Source: an uncultured Gammaproteobacteria bacterium (GTDB taxonomy: Bacteria > Pseudomonadota > Gammaproteobacteria > Steroidobacterales > Rariloculaceae). From it: 64,000 bases of DNA. Within the stretch, counting starts at the first letter, position 1; each line of letters begins with the position of its first letter. The stretch covers positions 37,021 to 101,020 of the forward strand of contig CAVVIC010000018.1 in the NCBI GenBank assembly GCA_963748045.1, given 5' to 3'. Positions 1 through 9,155 of this stretch are shown piece after piece. The position numbers were made by a program, and so were the translations under genes. The notes beneath the pieces were generated by a model, which saw only the letters and a program-made list of their open reading frames with translations, was not told where the DNA came from and did no database searches.

Positions 1-586
1 GGCGCTGCTCGACATCTACACGCTGGCGCGCAGCTTCGACGCCCGCGGCGGCATCGACGGCAAAGTCATCGGCATGATGGGCGACTTGAAGCGCGGCCGC
101 ACCGTGCGCTCGCTGTGCTACCTGATGCGGCACTACGAAGGCGTGCGGCTCGTGTTCATCGCGCCGCCGCAGTTCGCGATGGAGCGCGACATCAAGAGCT
201 ATCTCGACGACCACGGCATCGCGTACAGCGAAACGACGCAGCTCGACGCCGTGCTGCCGCAGCTCGATGCTCTGTACGTCACGCGCATGCAGACGGAATG
301 GGACACGGCCGGCGAGTCGCGCGCCGTGGACTTGAAACCGTTCAGCGTCGGCACGCACGAGCTCACGCTCATGAAACGCGACGCCTTCATCATGCATCCG
401 CTGCCGCGCGGACCCGAGATCGATCCGCTCGTCGACCACGACCCGCGCGCGATGTACTGGCGCCAGGAGCGCAACGGCATGTGGATGCGCGTAGCCGTGC
501 TGATCAAGATCTTCGGCGTGGAGCGCATCGTGACGGCGCTGGCCGCGGCGGACAGCGAGCCGCCGTTTGCCGGTCGGTTGGCGTGA
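1..586 (+). CDS. pyrB: aspartate carbamoyltransferase catalytic subunit, C-terminal part (5' end lies outside the window)
   Basis: Open from position 2 to the stop at 584-586. Translation ALLDIYTLARSF...MMGDLKRGRTVRS...HPLPRGPEIDPLVDHDPRAMYWRQERNGMWMRVAVL is the conserved C-terminal half of ATCase catalytic chains (HPLPR motif). Confidence 0.85.
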   Translation, partial: ALLDIYTLARSFDARGGIDGKVIGMMGDLKRGRTVRSLCYLMRHYEGVRLVFIAPPQFAMERDIKSYLDDHGIAYSETTQLDAVLPQLDALYVTRMQTEWDTAGESRAVDLKPFSVGTHELTLMKRDAFIMHPLPRGPEIDPLVDHDPRAMYWRQERNGMWMRVAVLIKIFGVERIVTALAAADSEPPFAGRLA

Positions 587-592
587 GCCGCG

Positions 593-1234
593 CTAGTGCG
601 CGTCGATGTGCGCGAGCTTCGACTGCTGAGATAACCGGTAGAACCGCCGCAACTCGCTCTGCACGGCCTCGTCGTCCGCGCCGCGCGTGAGCGCCGCGGC
701 GAGCCGACGGCAGTACTTACCCGCATAGCGATTCGCGCGCCGATAGCGCTCGCGCTCGGCGCCGCGCAGCTCGCTGTCGAGCTGCGGCTTGTCGAACAGC
801 CAATAGTGCAGCTCGTGCGGCTCGCGGCCGCTCTGTTGCTTCAGCAGCAGGCCCGTCGTCACGAACTTGTCGACCTCGGCCTGCAGCTCGAGCTCGAACA
901 GCGTGACGCTCTTGTCGCGTTCGGCATTCCAGGCGTAGTAGGTGAAGTGGCTCACGCCTTCGAGCGCCGACCAGAAGTCGGCGAGGTTGCCGGCGTCGAG
1001 GCAGGTCAGAGGATCGCGCTCGGTCAACCGTTCGAGCAGCTCGCGCTCCAGGAACAGCGCGACCTCCGCTTCGCCGTCGGTTTCGGCGATCAGCAGCTTC
1101 TCGTCCACTTCGCGGCCGCCCTTGTCGAGCGCGCGCGCGAACCTGGCATCGGTGATCAGAAAGTCGTCGACGCCGTACGCGACATCGAGCGCATAGAGCT
1201 CGTGCAGCAGCGTCTGTAGCTTGCCGAGCAGCAT
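593..1234 (-). CDS. hypothetical protein (acidic, helical; no family recognised)
   Basis: 213-aa ORF with protein-like composition (...FTYYAWNAERDKSVTLFELELQAEVDKF...). The next gene upstream ends 2 nt away, so the two are probably co-transcribed. Confidence 0.6.
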   Translation of the reverse strand: MLLGKLQTLLHELYALDVAYGVDDFLITDARFARALDKGGREVDEKLLIAETDGEAEVALFLERELLERLTERDPLTCLDAGNLADFWSALEGVSHFTYYAWNAERDKSVTLFELELQAEVDKFVTTGLLLKQQSGREPHELHYWLFDKPQLDSELRGAERERYRRANRYAGKYCRRLAAALTRGADDEAVQSELRRFYRLSQQSKLAHIDAH

Positions 1235-1236
1235 GC

Positions 1237-1830
1237 TCAGTGGCGCGTCGCCGCGTTCAGCGTGGCATTCGGCTCGATGCCGTGCTCGCGTAGCAGCTGC
1301 GCCGCGCGCCGGCTACCGGTCTTGAGCCACACCTCGTAGAGACGCAACACGTCGAGCGCCGCGGCGGAGCCCGACGCACGGATCTCGGTCAGCACGTCGA
1401 CGAACTCGCGAAACTTCGCGGCGAGCTCGGCGAACACCGCGCTCAACGCGCGGCCCTGGAGCGTACCGCGCACGCCGTCCGACAACCGTCCGTAGGCGGC
1501 GCCGCCCATGTCGATGTAGTAGTCGACGTCGACGAGCTTGCGCGCGAAGCCATCGCCCAGGAAGCCCGCGACGAACAACGACGTGTCGCCCACGCGGCGC
1601 AGCACCGCGTTGCGCGCGTCGCGATCCGGTGCTTCGGCCGCTTCGGCCAGCAACAACGCGAGCGGCTGCAGGCCCGGCCCGGTCTTGCTGCGCTCGTAGA
1701 GCGCTTCGTGCCTGGCGAACAGGGTCAACAGATTGACGACGTAGTAGGCCGTGTGATCGTCGGCCGCGACGCCTTGCTTCTGCATGGCGGCAGCGACGGA
1801 GTCCTTGAAGAACTCCTGGAGGCTCACCAC
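1237..1830 (-). CDS. hypothetical protein (helical; no family recognised)
   Basis: ORF 1237-1923. I place the start at the tandem GTG codons 1830/1827 (VVSLQEFFKDSV...) because the 30 upstream codons are Arg/Cys/Ser-rich and junk-like. The start is uncertain. Confidence 0.55.
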   Translation of the reverse strand: MVSLQEFFKDSVAAAMQKQGVAADDHTAYYVVNLLTLFARHEALYERSKTGPGLQPLALLLAEAAEAPDRDARNAVLRRVGDTSLFVAGFLGDGFARKLVDVDYYIDMGGAAYGRLSDGVRGTLQGRALSAVFAELAAKFREFVDVLTEIRASGSAAALDVLRLYEVWLKTGSRRAAQLLREHGIEPNATLNAATRH

Positions 1831-1963
1831 CGGACGAACTTCGATGAGTTGCCGCGCGCAATGACATCTCCTGCTACTCGGCCTGCACTGCCGCGGGAGA
1901 CGGCAGAGCGCGCCGCTTTGCATTCGAGTATAGGACGACGTGCGTCGCGAACTGCGCGCCGCT

Positions 1964-2395
1964 TCACGTTTCTTCGGCTAGCACTCGCTGTTCGAGAGCG
2001 CTAAGCATGCGCGCGCAATGACTGCTGATTCGCTCCTGCCAATGACGACGCCGCAGCGTGGCCGCGCCGTTCAAGAGATAGCGTGCGTCGAGCAACACGC
2101 ACGAACCGTCTTCGACGGGTTCGAGACGCCAGTGCAATCGCAGCTGCACGCAGCACGGTGGGTCGAGCAGCATTTCCTGCAGCGTGATCGACACCGGCCG
2201 CAGGCACGCGAGCACTTTGCCGCGCCTGAGCACCTTGCCGCGCTGTTGCTCGTACCGGCAGCCGGGCTTCGGCGGAGTGGCGGCGTCGACGACCACGGCG
2301 CCACCCCAGCGCCCATAGCCTACGACCTCGACGAGCGCGGCGAACGCTTCGGTCATCGGACATGCCAACTGTTTCTCGTGCCGCTGCTTTAGCAC
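1964..2395 (-). CDS. hypothetical protein, possibly SRPBCC/START-like fold
   Basis: ORF 1964-2419. An AAGGAGG Shine-Dalgarno lies 5 nt upstream of the GTG at 2395, which favours that start. The fold guess is weak and by eye only. Confidence 0.45.
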   Translation of the reverse strand: MLKQRHEKQLACPMTEAFAALVEVVGYGRWGGAVVVDAATPPKPGCRYEQQRGKVLRRGKVLACLRPVSITLQEMLLDPPCCVQLRLHWRLEPVEDGSCVLLDARYLLNGAATLRRRHWQERISSHCARMLSALEQRVLAEET

Positions 2396-2492
2396 GGCGC
2401 CCTCCTTGACGCGACCCAATGAGGGACACCGTAGCGGTGGGCTGGCCGCGCCGCGATGCGCGTTTATGGCGAATTGCGCGCGAAATGCGTCG

Positions 2493-3465
2493 CTACGGGA
2501 TCAGCACCGTGGAGCCGGTAGTGCGCCGTGCTTCGAGATTGCGGTGCGCCTGCGCCGCATCGCGCAATGCGTAGGTCTGGTGGACCTCGATCCGCACGCG
2601 ACCGCGCTGCACGAGGTCGAACAGCTCGCTGCTGCCGGCCTCGAGGTCGCGACGCTCGCGAATGAAGTCTTGCAACGTGGGCCGCGTGACGTACAACGAG
2701 CCGCGCTTCTGGAGCTCGTGCAGCCCGAACGGCTCGACTCTGCCGGACGAATTGCCGAAGCTCACGAGCAACCCGTGCGGCTCGCAGGCAGTCGAGCGAC
2801 TGGAAGAACGTCGTGCGGCCCACCGAGTCGTAGACCACGGGCACGCCGCCGCCGGCGAGCTCGCGCACGCGCTGCGGCACGTCTTCGCTGTCGAGCAGCA
2901 CGTGCTCGCAACCGTGCGCGAGTGCGAGCTCGCGTTTCGCGGCCGAGCCCACGACGCCGATCACGCGCGCGCCGAGCTCGCGCGCCCACTGCGCCGCGAT
3001 CAGACCGACGCCGCCGGCCGCGGCGTGCAACAGGATCCAGTCGCCGGCCGCCACTGTGTAGCTGCGCTTCAACAGGTACCAGGCCGTGAGGCCCTTCAGC
3101 ATCATGGCCGCGCCGGTCTTCTCGTCGATCGCGTCAGGCAGCCGGACGAGCGAGCGCGCGTCGAGGACGCGCTCTTCGGCGTACGAACCGAGCGAGCCGG
3201 AGGCCGTATATGCGACACGGTCGCCGGGGCGCACGTGCGTGACGCCGGGCCCCACGGACATGACCACGCCCGCGCCCTCGCCGCCGAGACCGCTCGGCAA
3301 TGTCATCGGATAGAGCCCCGTGCGGTGGTACACGTCGATGAAGTTGAGGCCGATCGCGCGATGCGCGACGCGCGCCTCACCGGCTTTCGGCTCGCCCACG
3401 TCGACTTGCTGGTACTTCAGCACTTCGGGTCCGCCGAACTGCTCGAATCGAATCGCCCAAACCAT
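2493..3465 (-). pseudogene. qor: NADPH:quinone oxidoreductase (Qor, zeta-crystallin/MDR family), frame interrupted once
   Basis: The N-terminal part (ORF 2464-3465: MVWAIRFEQFGGPEVLKY...AAAGGVGLIAAQWARELGARVIGVVGS...VVYDSVGRTTFFQSLDCLR) and the C-terminal part (ORF 2493-2771: LLVSFGNSSGRVEPF...LEARRTTGSTVLIP) are two halves of one Qor. They join if one base near 2781 is removed. Length is 973 = 3n+1. Confidence 0.85.
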
Positions 3466-3521
3466 GCGTGGCTCGCTCGCTGTTAGAATTTGCGCCCGTT
3501 TCGTTCGGAATATAGCACCCG

Positions 3522-4735
3522 ATGGCAGAACACCTCGTGGTCGTCGGCGGCGGCCAAGCCGCCGCGCAGGCCGTGCAGACGCTGCGCCAGCACAACTACG
3601 TGGGCGCGATCACGCTGCTCGCCGACGAGCCGCATGCGCCGTATCAACGCCCGCCGTTGTCGAAGAAGTACCTGGCCGGCGAGCTGCCGCGCGAGCGGCT
3701 GCTGCTGCGCCCCGCCACGTTCTACGCCGAGAAGAATGTGACGCTCGAGCTCGGCTGCCGCGTCGCGGAGCTCGAGCCCGCAGCGCGCCGCGTGCGCCTC
3801 GACCGACGGGCGCAAGCTCGACTACGACCGTCTTCTGCTCGCGACCGGCAGCCGGCCGCGCCGGCTCGACGTGCCCGGCGTCGCCCTGCGCGGCGTGCAC
3901 TATCTCCGCACGATCGCGGACGTGGACGGCATCGTCGCCGAGCTGACGGTCGGTGCGCGCGTCGCGCTGATCGGCGCAGGCTTCATCGGCCTCGAGGCCG
4001 CGGCCGTGCTGCGCCACCGCGGCTTCGACGTGACCGTGCTCGAGGCGTTCGACCGCGTGCTGGGTCGCGCCGTCGGACCGGAAGTCGCGCAGTTCTATGC
4101 GGACTGCCACCGCGCCGCGGGCGTCGATCTGCACTGCGGCGCCGAGCGTCCGCGCGTTCGTGGGCGACGAGCGCGTCGCGGCCATCGAGACCGCGGACGG
4201 CCGTCGGTTCCCGTGCGACGTCGCGATCATCGGCATCGGCGTCGTGCCGAACGTCGAGCTGGCGGCGGCCGCGGGCCTCACGTGCGACAACGGTATCGTC
4301 GTCGACGAGCTGGCGCGGACGGCCGACGCGAAGGTCGTCGCGGCCGGCGATTGCACGAATCACACGATCGACGGGCGGCGCGTTCGGCTCGAGTCGGTGC
4401 CGAACGCGGTGCATCAGGCCAGAGTCGCGGCAGGAACGTTGCTCGGAACACCGGCCCCGTACTCGGAAGTGCCGTGGTTCTGGTCGGATCAGTACGACCT
4501 GAAGCTCCAGATCGTTGGCTTGTCGCACGGCCACGATCAGGTCGTGCTGCGCGGGGATCCCGCGACGCGGAGCTTCGCGGCGTTCTATCTGCGCGGCGGC
4601 GAGCTACTGGCGGTCGACGCGATCAACAGCCCGCGCGAGTTCGCGCACGCGAAGAAGCTGGTGGCTGCACGGGCGAGGATCGCGCCGGAGATGTTGCGCG
4701 ACGCGAGCGTCGACCTGGGTACGGTCGCCGGCTGA
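3522..4735 (+). pseudogene. FAD-dependent ferredoxin/rubredoxin-type reductase (pyridine nucleotide-disulfide oxidoreductase), two frame interruptions
   Basis: One protein is spread over three frames. The first (MAEHLVVVGGGQAAAQAV, FAD site) runs to about 3803. The second (DGRKLDYDRLLLATGSRPRRLDVPG...ALIGAGFIGLEAAAVL, NAD(P) site) runs to about 4147. The third (...VVAAGDCTNH...VPWFWSDQYDLKLQIVG) runs to the stop at 4735. Length is 1214 = 3n+2. Confidence 0.8.
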
Positions 4736-4741
4736 GGCGCG

Positions 4742-5418
4742 TTACTGCTGCGCGACCTGCTGCTCGGGCAGATGCACGAACAGCTCGCCGACGGCAGCGG
4801 CGGAGTTCTGTCGCCGAACCGAAGGCCGTCACGTCGTAGCGCTCCACGGCGCTGCCGGACTTGCCTTCGAACACACCGGCGACGCCGAGCACCGAAGCGG
4901 TGTTGCCGGCGTTCGGACCCACGGTCGGGCGATACTCGGCGGGCCCGCGCCACGGCCGATCGAACAGCCACACGGGCAGCAGCGTCTCTTTCAGGAACGG
5001 CCACACGTTCGAGTCCGAACGCACGAACAGCGTGCCCTGGCCCGGCAACGTAACGAGCCAGTAGTCACTGAGCACGACGCCGGTCAGCAGCAGGTCGGTC
5101 GAGGGCGAGGCCGCCATCAACCGACTCGCGATCGCCGCCGGCTGGCCCGACTCGTCCGTCAGCACGAGCCCGAGGACCGCGGTGCGATCGATCGTCTCTT
5201 CCCACAGGCCGTCGACGGCATTCGACCGACCCGGCGAGCATTGCGTCCTCGCCGACCGCGGCGGTCAGCAGCTGGTCCGGCAGCGAGTACCGCAACACGC
5301 GATCGCCGGCGGCCGGCGCGGCACCCGTGTGTACCGTGAACGGGTTGTAGTAGAGCGCGGTGCCCGCGAGCCCCGCGCCGATCAGCAAACCCAGCAGTGC
5401 GACGAATAGGTATTTCAT
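4742..5418 (-). pseudogene. membrane-anchored/exported hypothetical protein, paralogue of 5415-6053, two frame interruptions
   Basis: MKYLFVALLGLLIGAGLAGTALYYNPF...GEDAMLAGSV, then a shift near 5222 to NAVDGLWEETIDRTAVLGLVLTDESGQPAAIASRLMAAS...ERYDVTAFGSAT, then a shift near 4810 to NSAAAVGELFVHLPEQQVAQQ*. The start overlaps the upstream gene's stop (ATGA). Length is 677 = 3n+2. Confidence 0.55.
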
Positions 5419-6053
5419 GGGATGCGCGTGACCGTGTAGAGCTCGATCGTGCCGCGCATCGCGCCGCTGGCATCGACACCCGTGACCTTCCACGTCTCGG
5501 TATAACTGCCGCTCAAGCCCGCGAAGTCGCCGGTGCCACCTGCCACCGCGCCGCCCGCAGCGAGCGCCACTTCGAGTGTTCCTTCCCACGCGCCGCCGGG
5601 CGTGTAGCCCGCGCGTTGCAGCGCGGTGTCGAGCGCACCGCTCTTCTCACCTGGCGCGCGCAGCACGAGCGAGCCGCGAGCCGGGACCACCACCGACCAC
5701 GTCGCCGTCATGCCGTGATCGCCGTTGGCCCAGTGCCGGGCGGCGATACCGACGACCTGACCGGTTGAATCTCTGACCTTGTAGTGCTCGACGAGCAGCG
5801 GCTCGGCGACGAACTTGGCGGGCAGCACCATGGCGCTGTCGGCCCCGGCCGATCTCAGCCCGCCGGCCTTGCCGTCCGTGGCCGCGATGCGGTCTGCGGG
5901 CAACCGAATCAGGAACTGCTCCGCACGGCCGCCGTTGGCGACGACCGTCGTCTGCGACGGCAGTCGCTGATGGCTGATCCATGGCACCCAATGAGCCGCG
6001 GCCAGCGTGCCGCCGAAGCCCAGGACTATGCCCAGCAGGAATAACGCTCGCAT
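5415..6053 (-). CDS. membrane-anchored/exported hypothetical protein
   Basis: Intact 212-aa ORF with an N-terminal hydrophobic anchor (MRALFLLGIVLGFGGTLAAA). Shares motifs with the downstream gene: VRDSTGQVVGIAARHWA vs LTDESGQPAAIASRLMAA, and GTIELYTV vs VGELFVHL. Confidence 0.6.
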   Translation of the reverse strand: MRALFLLGIVLGFGGTLAAAHWVPWISHQRLPSQTTVVANGGRAEQFLIRLPADRIAATDGKAGGLRSAGADSAMVLPAKFVAEPLLVEHYKVRDSTGQVVGIAARHWANGDHGMTATWSVVVPARGSLVLRAPGEKSGALDTALQRAGYTPGGAWEGTLEVALAAGGAVAGGTGDFAGLSGSYTETWKVTGVDASGAMRGTIELYTVTRIP

Positions 6054-6135
6054 GCCGCTTCCAGTGTGTATCTAGAGAGGCAGTATCCCCGCCGCCAGGG
6101 GGCTCGACGGTTAACGAAATCACAAAACGCGGCGC

Positions 6136-7773
6136 CTAGCGAGGAAATAAGGCGGTCAAACGGCCGCGAAGTAGTCCTCGCAGATAGGCCTCGAACGAGC
6201 GCGGGTCCTTGCGAACCAGGGCGTCGGCCTCCTCGAGCGACCGGCGGCCGGTCGCCGCCAGCGACTCCTCCCGCTCGGGCGCCAACGAGAGCTCCCGGAA
6301 GTATGCCGCGTGGCTGCGGGCCAAGCCCAGCGTGTACTCGAAGAAGCTGGCCTGCTCGCGGGTCAGGGCCGCGAGCAACGCCGCGGAAGGCGTGCGCTCC
6401 GGCTCGCGCAGCGCGGCAGCCGCGACCTCGACGGCCGCCACGTAGCCGGCCCCGTCCGCGTCGAGCAGCTCGGCGACGCCCGTGACTTCGCGAAGCAGCT
6501 CCGCGCCACAATCGGCGAGGGGCCGCGACCGGCCGCCATGCACGATCGTAAGACCCGGCCGCCGGCCCTCACGCGCGACCGTCAAGTCGCGGCTGTCGAT
6601 CTCGGCCTGTTCAGCGGAGGAGATCGGCGGGCTATCGGCGAGCAGACAGTGGATCAACAACGCCTCGAGCACCCGCAGCTCGTTCTGACTCATGCCGACG
6701 GGATCCGCGCAGTTCAGATCGAGCGTCCGAACCTCGACGTACTCGACGCCACCGCGCTCGAGCGCGATCAGCGGCCGATGCGAGCTCGCTTTGCTCGGCT
6801 TCGGGCGAATCGTGCTGTAGTACTCGTTCTCGATCTGCAGGATGTTCGCGTTCAGCTGTCGATAGTCGCCGTCGACGACGACGCCGATCGCGGCATAGCG
6901 CGGGTCCTCGGTGGTGACGGCGGCGCGCATTCCGGCCACGTACTCGGCGAGCGAGTTCGCGCGAATGCTGAGCCGTCCCTGGCTCTTGTTGCGATACCCG
7001 AGATCGCTCATGCGCAGCGACGTCGCGAACGGCGCATGCCAGGTGTCGCGGTCGAGCTCCGTCAGGAGCTCATGGCCTTCCGGGCGAAACGACTTCGACA
7101 GCACGGGCGACGCGCCGAACAGATACGTGACGAGCCAGGCGCAGCGGCGATAGTTACGCACGAGCCCCATGAGCTCGGCCGAGCGGAAGTCCGTCAGCGA
7201 CTCACGCCGTTGCTCCCGCTCGCGGTACTCGGGCCAGAACTCCTGCGGCAGCGAATAGTTGAAGTGCACGCCTGCGATCGCCTGCATCGCACGACCGTAG
7301 CGATGGCCGAGCCCGCGGCGATACACGGTCTTCATGCGGCCGACGTTCGACGGGCCGTAGTACGCGATCGGAATTTCGTCGCTGCTGCCGAGCGTGCACG
7401 GCATGCTGGCCGGCCACAGGAGCTCGCTGCCGAGCCGGCGATGGATGAACGCGTGCACGTCGCAGAGAAACTGCAGCGTCTCCCACGTGCTGTGCTGCGG
7501 CGGCGTTACGAGCTCCGGCAGCGCTTCGGAGTAATCGGTCGTGATGTACGGATGCGTGAGCGCCGCGCCGAGACTTGTGGGATGCGGCAGCTGCGAGAGA
7601 TGCCCGTCGGCCGTGACGCGCAGGCTCTCCTTCTCCACGCCGCGCAGCCCGCGACGCACCAGCGCGGCACGATCGCGCAGCCATTCGAGCCGTGCGGCCA
7701 GGGACGAATGGGCGCCAGAGGAAACGGGATGGGTGCTCGACACGGTCACGGGTTCCACGAGGTCGGCGCGCAT
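6136..7773 (-). CDS. gshA: glutamate--cysteine ligase (E. coli GshA type)
   Basis: Intact 545-aa ORF. ...GVEKESLRVTADGHLSQLPHPTSLGAALTHPYITTDYSEALPELVTPP...GRMKTVYRRGLGHRYGRAMQAIAGVHFNYSLP... matches the proteobacterial GshA family along its length. Confidence 0.9.
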   Translation of the reverse strand: MRADLVEPVTVSSTHPVSSGAHSSLAARLEWLRDRAALVRRGLRGVEKESLRVTADGHLSQLPHPTSLGAALTHPYITTDYSEALPELVTPPQHSTWETLQFLCDVHAFIHRRLGSELLWPASMPCTLGSSDEIPIAYYGPSNVGRMKTVYRRGLGHRYGRAMQAIAGVHFNYSLPQEFWPEYREREQRRESLTDFRSAELMGLVRNYRRCAWLVTYLFGASPVLSKSFRPEGHELLTELDRDTWHAPFATSLRMSDLGYRNKSQGRLSIRANSLAEYVAGMRAAVTTEDPRYAAIGVVVDGDYRQLNANILQIENEYYSTIRPKPSKASSHRPLIALERGGVEYVEVRTLDLNCADPVGMSQNELRVLEALLIHCLLADSPPISSAEQAEIDSRDLTVAREGRRPGLTIVHGGRSRPLADCGAELLREVTGVAELLDADGAGYVAAVEVAAAALREPERTPSAALLAALTREQASFFEYTLGLARSHAAYFRELSLAPEREESLAATGRRSLEEADALVRKDPRSFEAYLRGLLRGRLTALFPR

Positions 7774-7905
7774 TATAGGCCGCGAATTGCCGCCAGCGCG
7801 GGTTCAGCGTAGGTTCACGAAACTTGGGCTAGCTTAAGGCATGATCAGGAGGCTCGCAACTATCGATGCACGCGACCGGCTTGCCGAAGGGTTGTCGCCT
7901 GTGCC

Positions 7906-8205
7906 GTGCTACTGCTCGCGGCAGTACCGGCGTACGCGTTCCGTTGCGGCACGCGCATCATCACGGCCGGCGATCCCGCGGACAAGGTCCTGCAGTTCTG
8001 CGGCTCGCCGATTTCGGTCCAGACGCGACGCGCGGAACGTCCGTACATCGACGAGTTCGGCAGGAGCTACCTGTATAGAGGGCTCGTCGAGGAAGTCGTC
8101 ATCGAAGAGTGGACGTACAACCTGGGCCCGTACCAGTTCATGCGTCTCGTGCGGATCGAAAACGGTCGCGTGGTCGAGGTCAAGACGCTCGGCTACGGCT
8201 ACTGA
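7906..8205 (+). CDS. small exported protein resembling the family I recall as DUF2845
   Basis: 99-aa ORF with a short signal-like N-terminus and the pattern FRCGTRIITAGDPADKVLQFCGSPIS...RIENGRVVEVKTLGYGY. Start is uncertain: GTG at 7906 is used, and the ATG at 7841 is in another frame. Confidence 0.6.
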   Translation: MLLLAAVPAYAFRCGTRIITAGDPADKVLQFCGSPISVQTRRAERPYIDEFGRSYLYRGLVEEVVIEEWTYNLGPYQFMRLVRIENGRVVEVKTLGYGY

Positions 8206-8210
8206 GCGAA

Positions 8211-8498
8211 TCAGCCGCCGGCTGCGCGCAGCAGCGGCACCTGTTCCATCTCGTAACCAATGACTTCGTGAGTGTGCGGATCGTGGATCGGTTTGCCGCG
8301 CCGAAAACATCCCGTCGTACGCGCGGTGCGCTCGAACTCTTCTTGGGATGCAACGGGTTCGAGCGACACGCGGCCATCGGGCAAGCGCACGAGGCGCTGT
8401 GCGCCCTTGCCGAGCTGCCCGGCATGCCACCGGCGGTCCGTCGTATCACCGAGGACCAAAGCAATGATCTCGATACTGTCGTCCATGGCGCTCTCCAT
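8211..8498 (-). CDS. hypothetical protein
   Basis: ORF 8211-8567. The ATG at 8498 (MESAMDDSIEIIALVLGD...) is preceded by AAGGGAG. No family recognised. Confidence 0.45.
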   Translation of the reverse strand: MESAMDDSIEIIALVLGDTTDRRWHAGQLGKGAQRLVRLPDGRVSLEPVASQEEFERTARTTGCFRRGKPIHDPHTHEVIGYEMEQVPLLRAAGG

Positions 8499-8720
8499 GC
8501 TCCCTTGTCCACACGCGTCACGGCCGGAATCAAGCAACCTCCGTGCCACGCCGGCGGCCGTAGACAAAACAGCGACTTAGCGAGAGACGTCGTGACTCGC
8601 GTCACAGCGCGATGCGACAAAATTTGCCACCTTGGCGGCGAAACGTTGCCGCGTGACACGCGTCCCATGCCCGCCGAAAGGCTTCGGCTAGGGTCGCGGC
8701 AGAATCTTAGGAGATACCGA

Positions 8721-9155
8721 ATGCTGAAGTTCAGACGCCGGATGCAGGACTCGAACCACGGGCCGAAGACTTACGTCGCGCCCGGTACCAGAATCACCGG
8801 CACGATCCAGGGCAAAGGCTCGTACGTGTTCTGCGGCACGATCGAAGGCGACTGCGACATCAGCGGTCCGCTGACTCTCGCGGAAGGCGGACGATGGAAG
8901 GGCACGATCAAGGCCACGGACATCGTGATCGCCGGCACCGTCGAGGGCGACGTGATCGGCGAGCAGCGCGTGGAGATCGCAGGCACTGCACGCGTGACGG
9001 GCAGTCTCGCCGGTCACTCGATCGCCGTTGCCGAAGGCGCGATCATCGAGGGCGACATCAAGGTCAAGAGCGGCACGACACCGGTCGCGTTCCAGGAAAA
9101 GCGCGGCACCGAAGTGCAGGTGCAGGGGCCCGCGAAAATCCACGCGCACTCATAG
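8721..9155 (+). CDS. bactofilin-family polymer-forming protein
   Basis: The internal ATG at 8721 of ORF 8109-9155 is preceded by GGAGA. The 144-aa product has repetitive beta-helix-type segments (ITGTIQGKGSYVFCGTIEGDCDISG...IVIAGTVEGDVIGEQRVEIAGTARVTGSLAGHSIAVAEGAIIEGDIKV) typical of bactofilins. Confidence 0.8.
   Translation: MLKFRRRMQDSNHGPKTYVAPGTRITGTIQGKGSYVFCGTIEGDCDISGPLTLAEGGRWKGTIKATDIVIAGTVEGDVIGEQRVEIAGTARVTGSLAGHSIAVAEGAIIEGDIKVKSGTTPVAFQEKRGTEVQVQGPAKIHAHS

Noticed and set aside
8634-8649. TGGC…TTGC sigma-54-like motif upstream of the bactofilin gene
   Set aside because: The GG-to-GC spacing is 14 nt instead of the canonical 12, which the pspA promoter at 14452-14467 does have.
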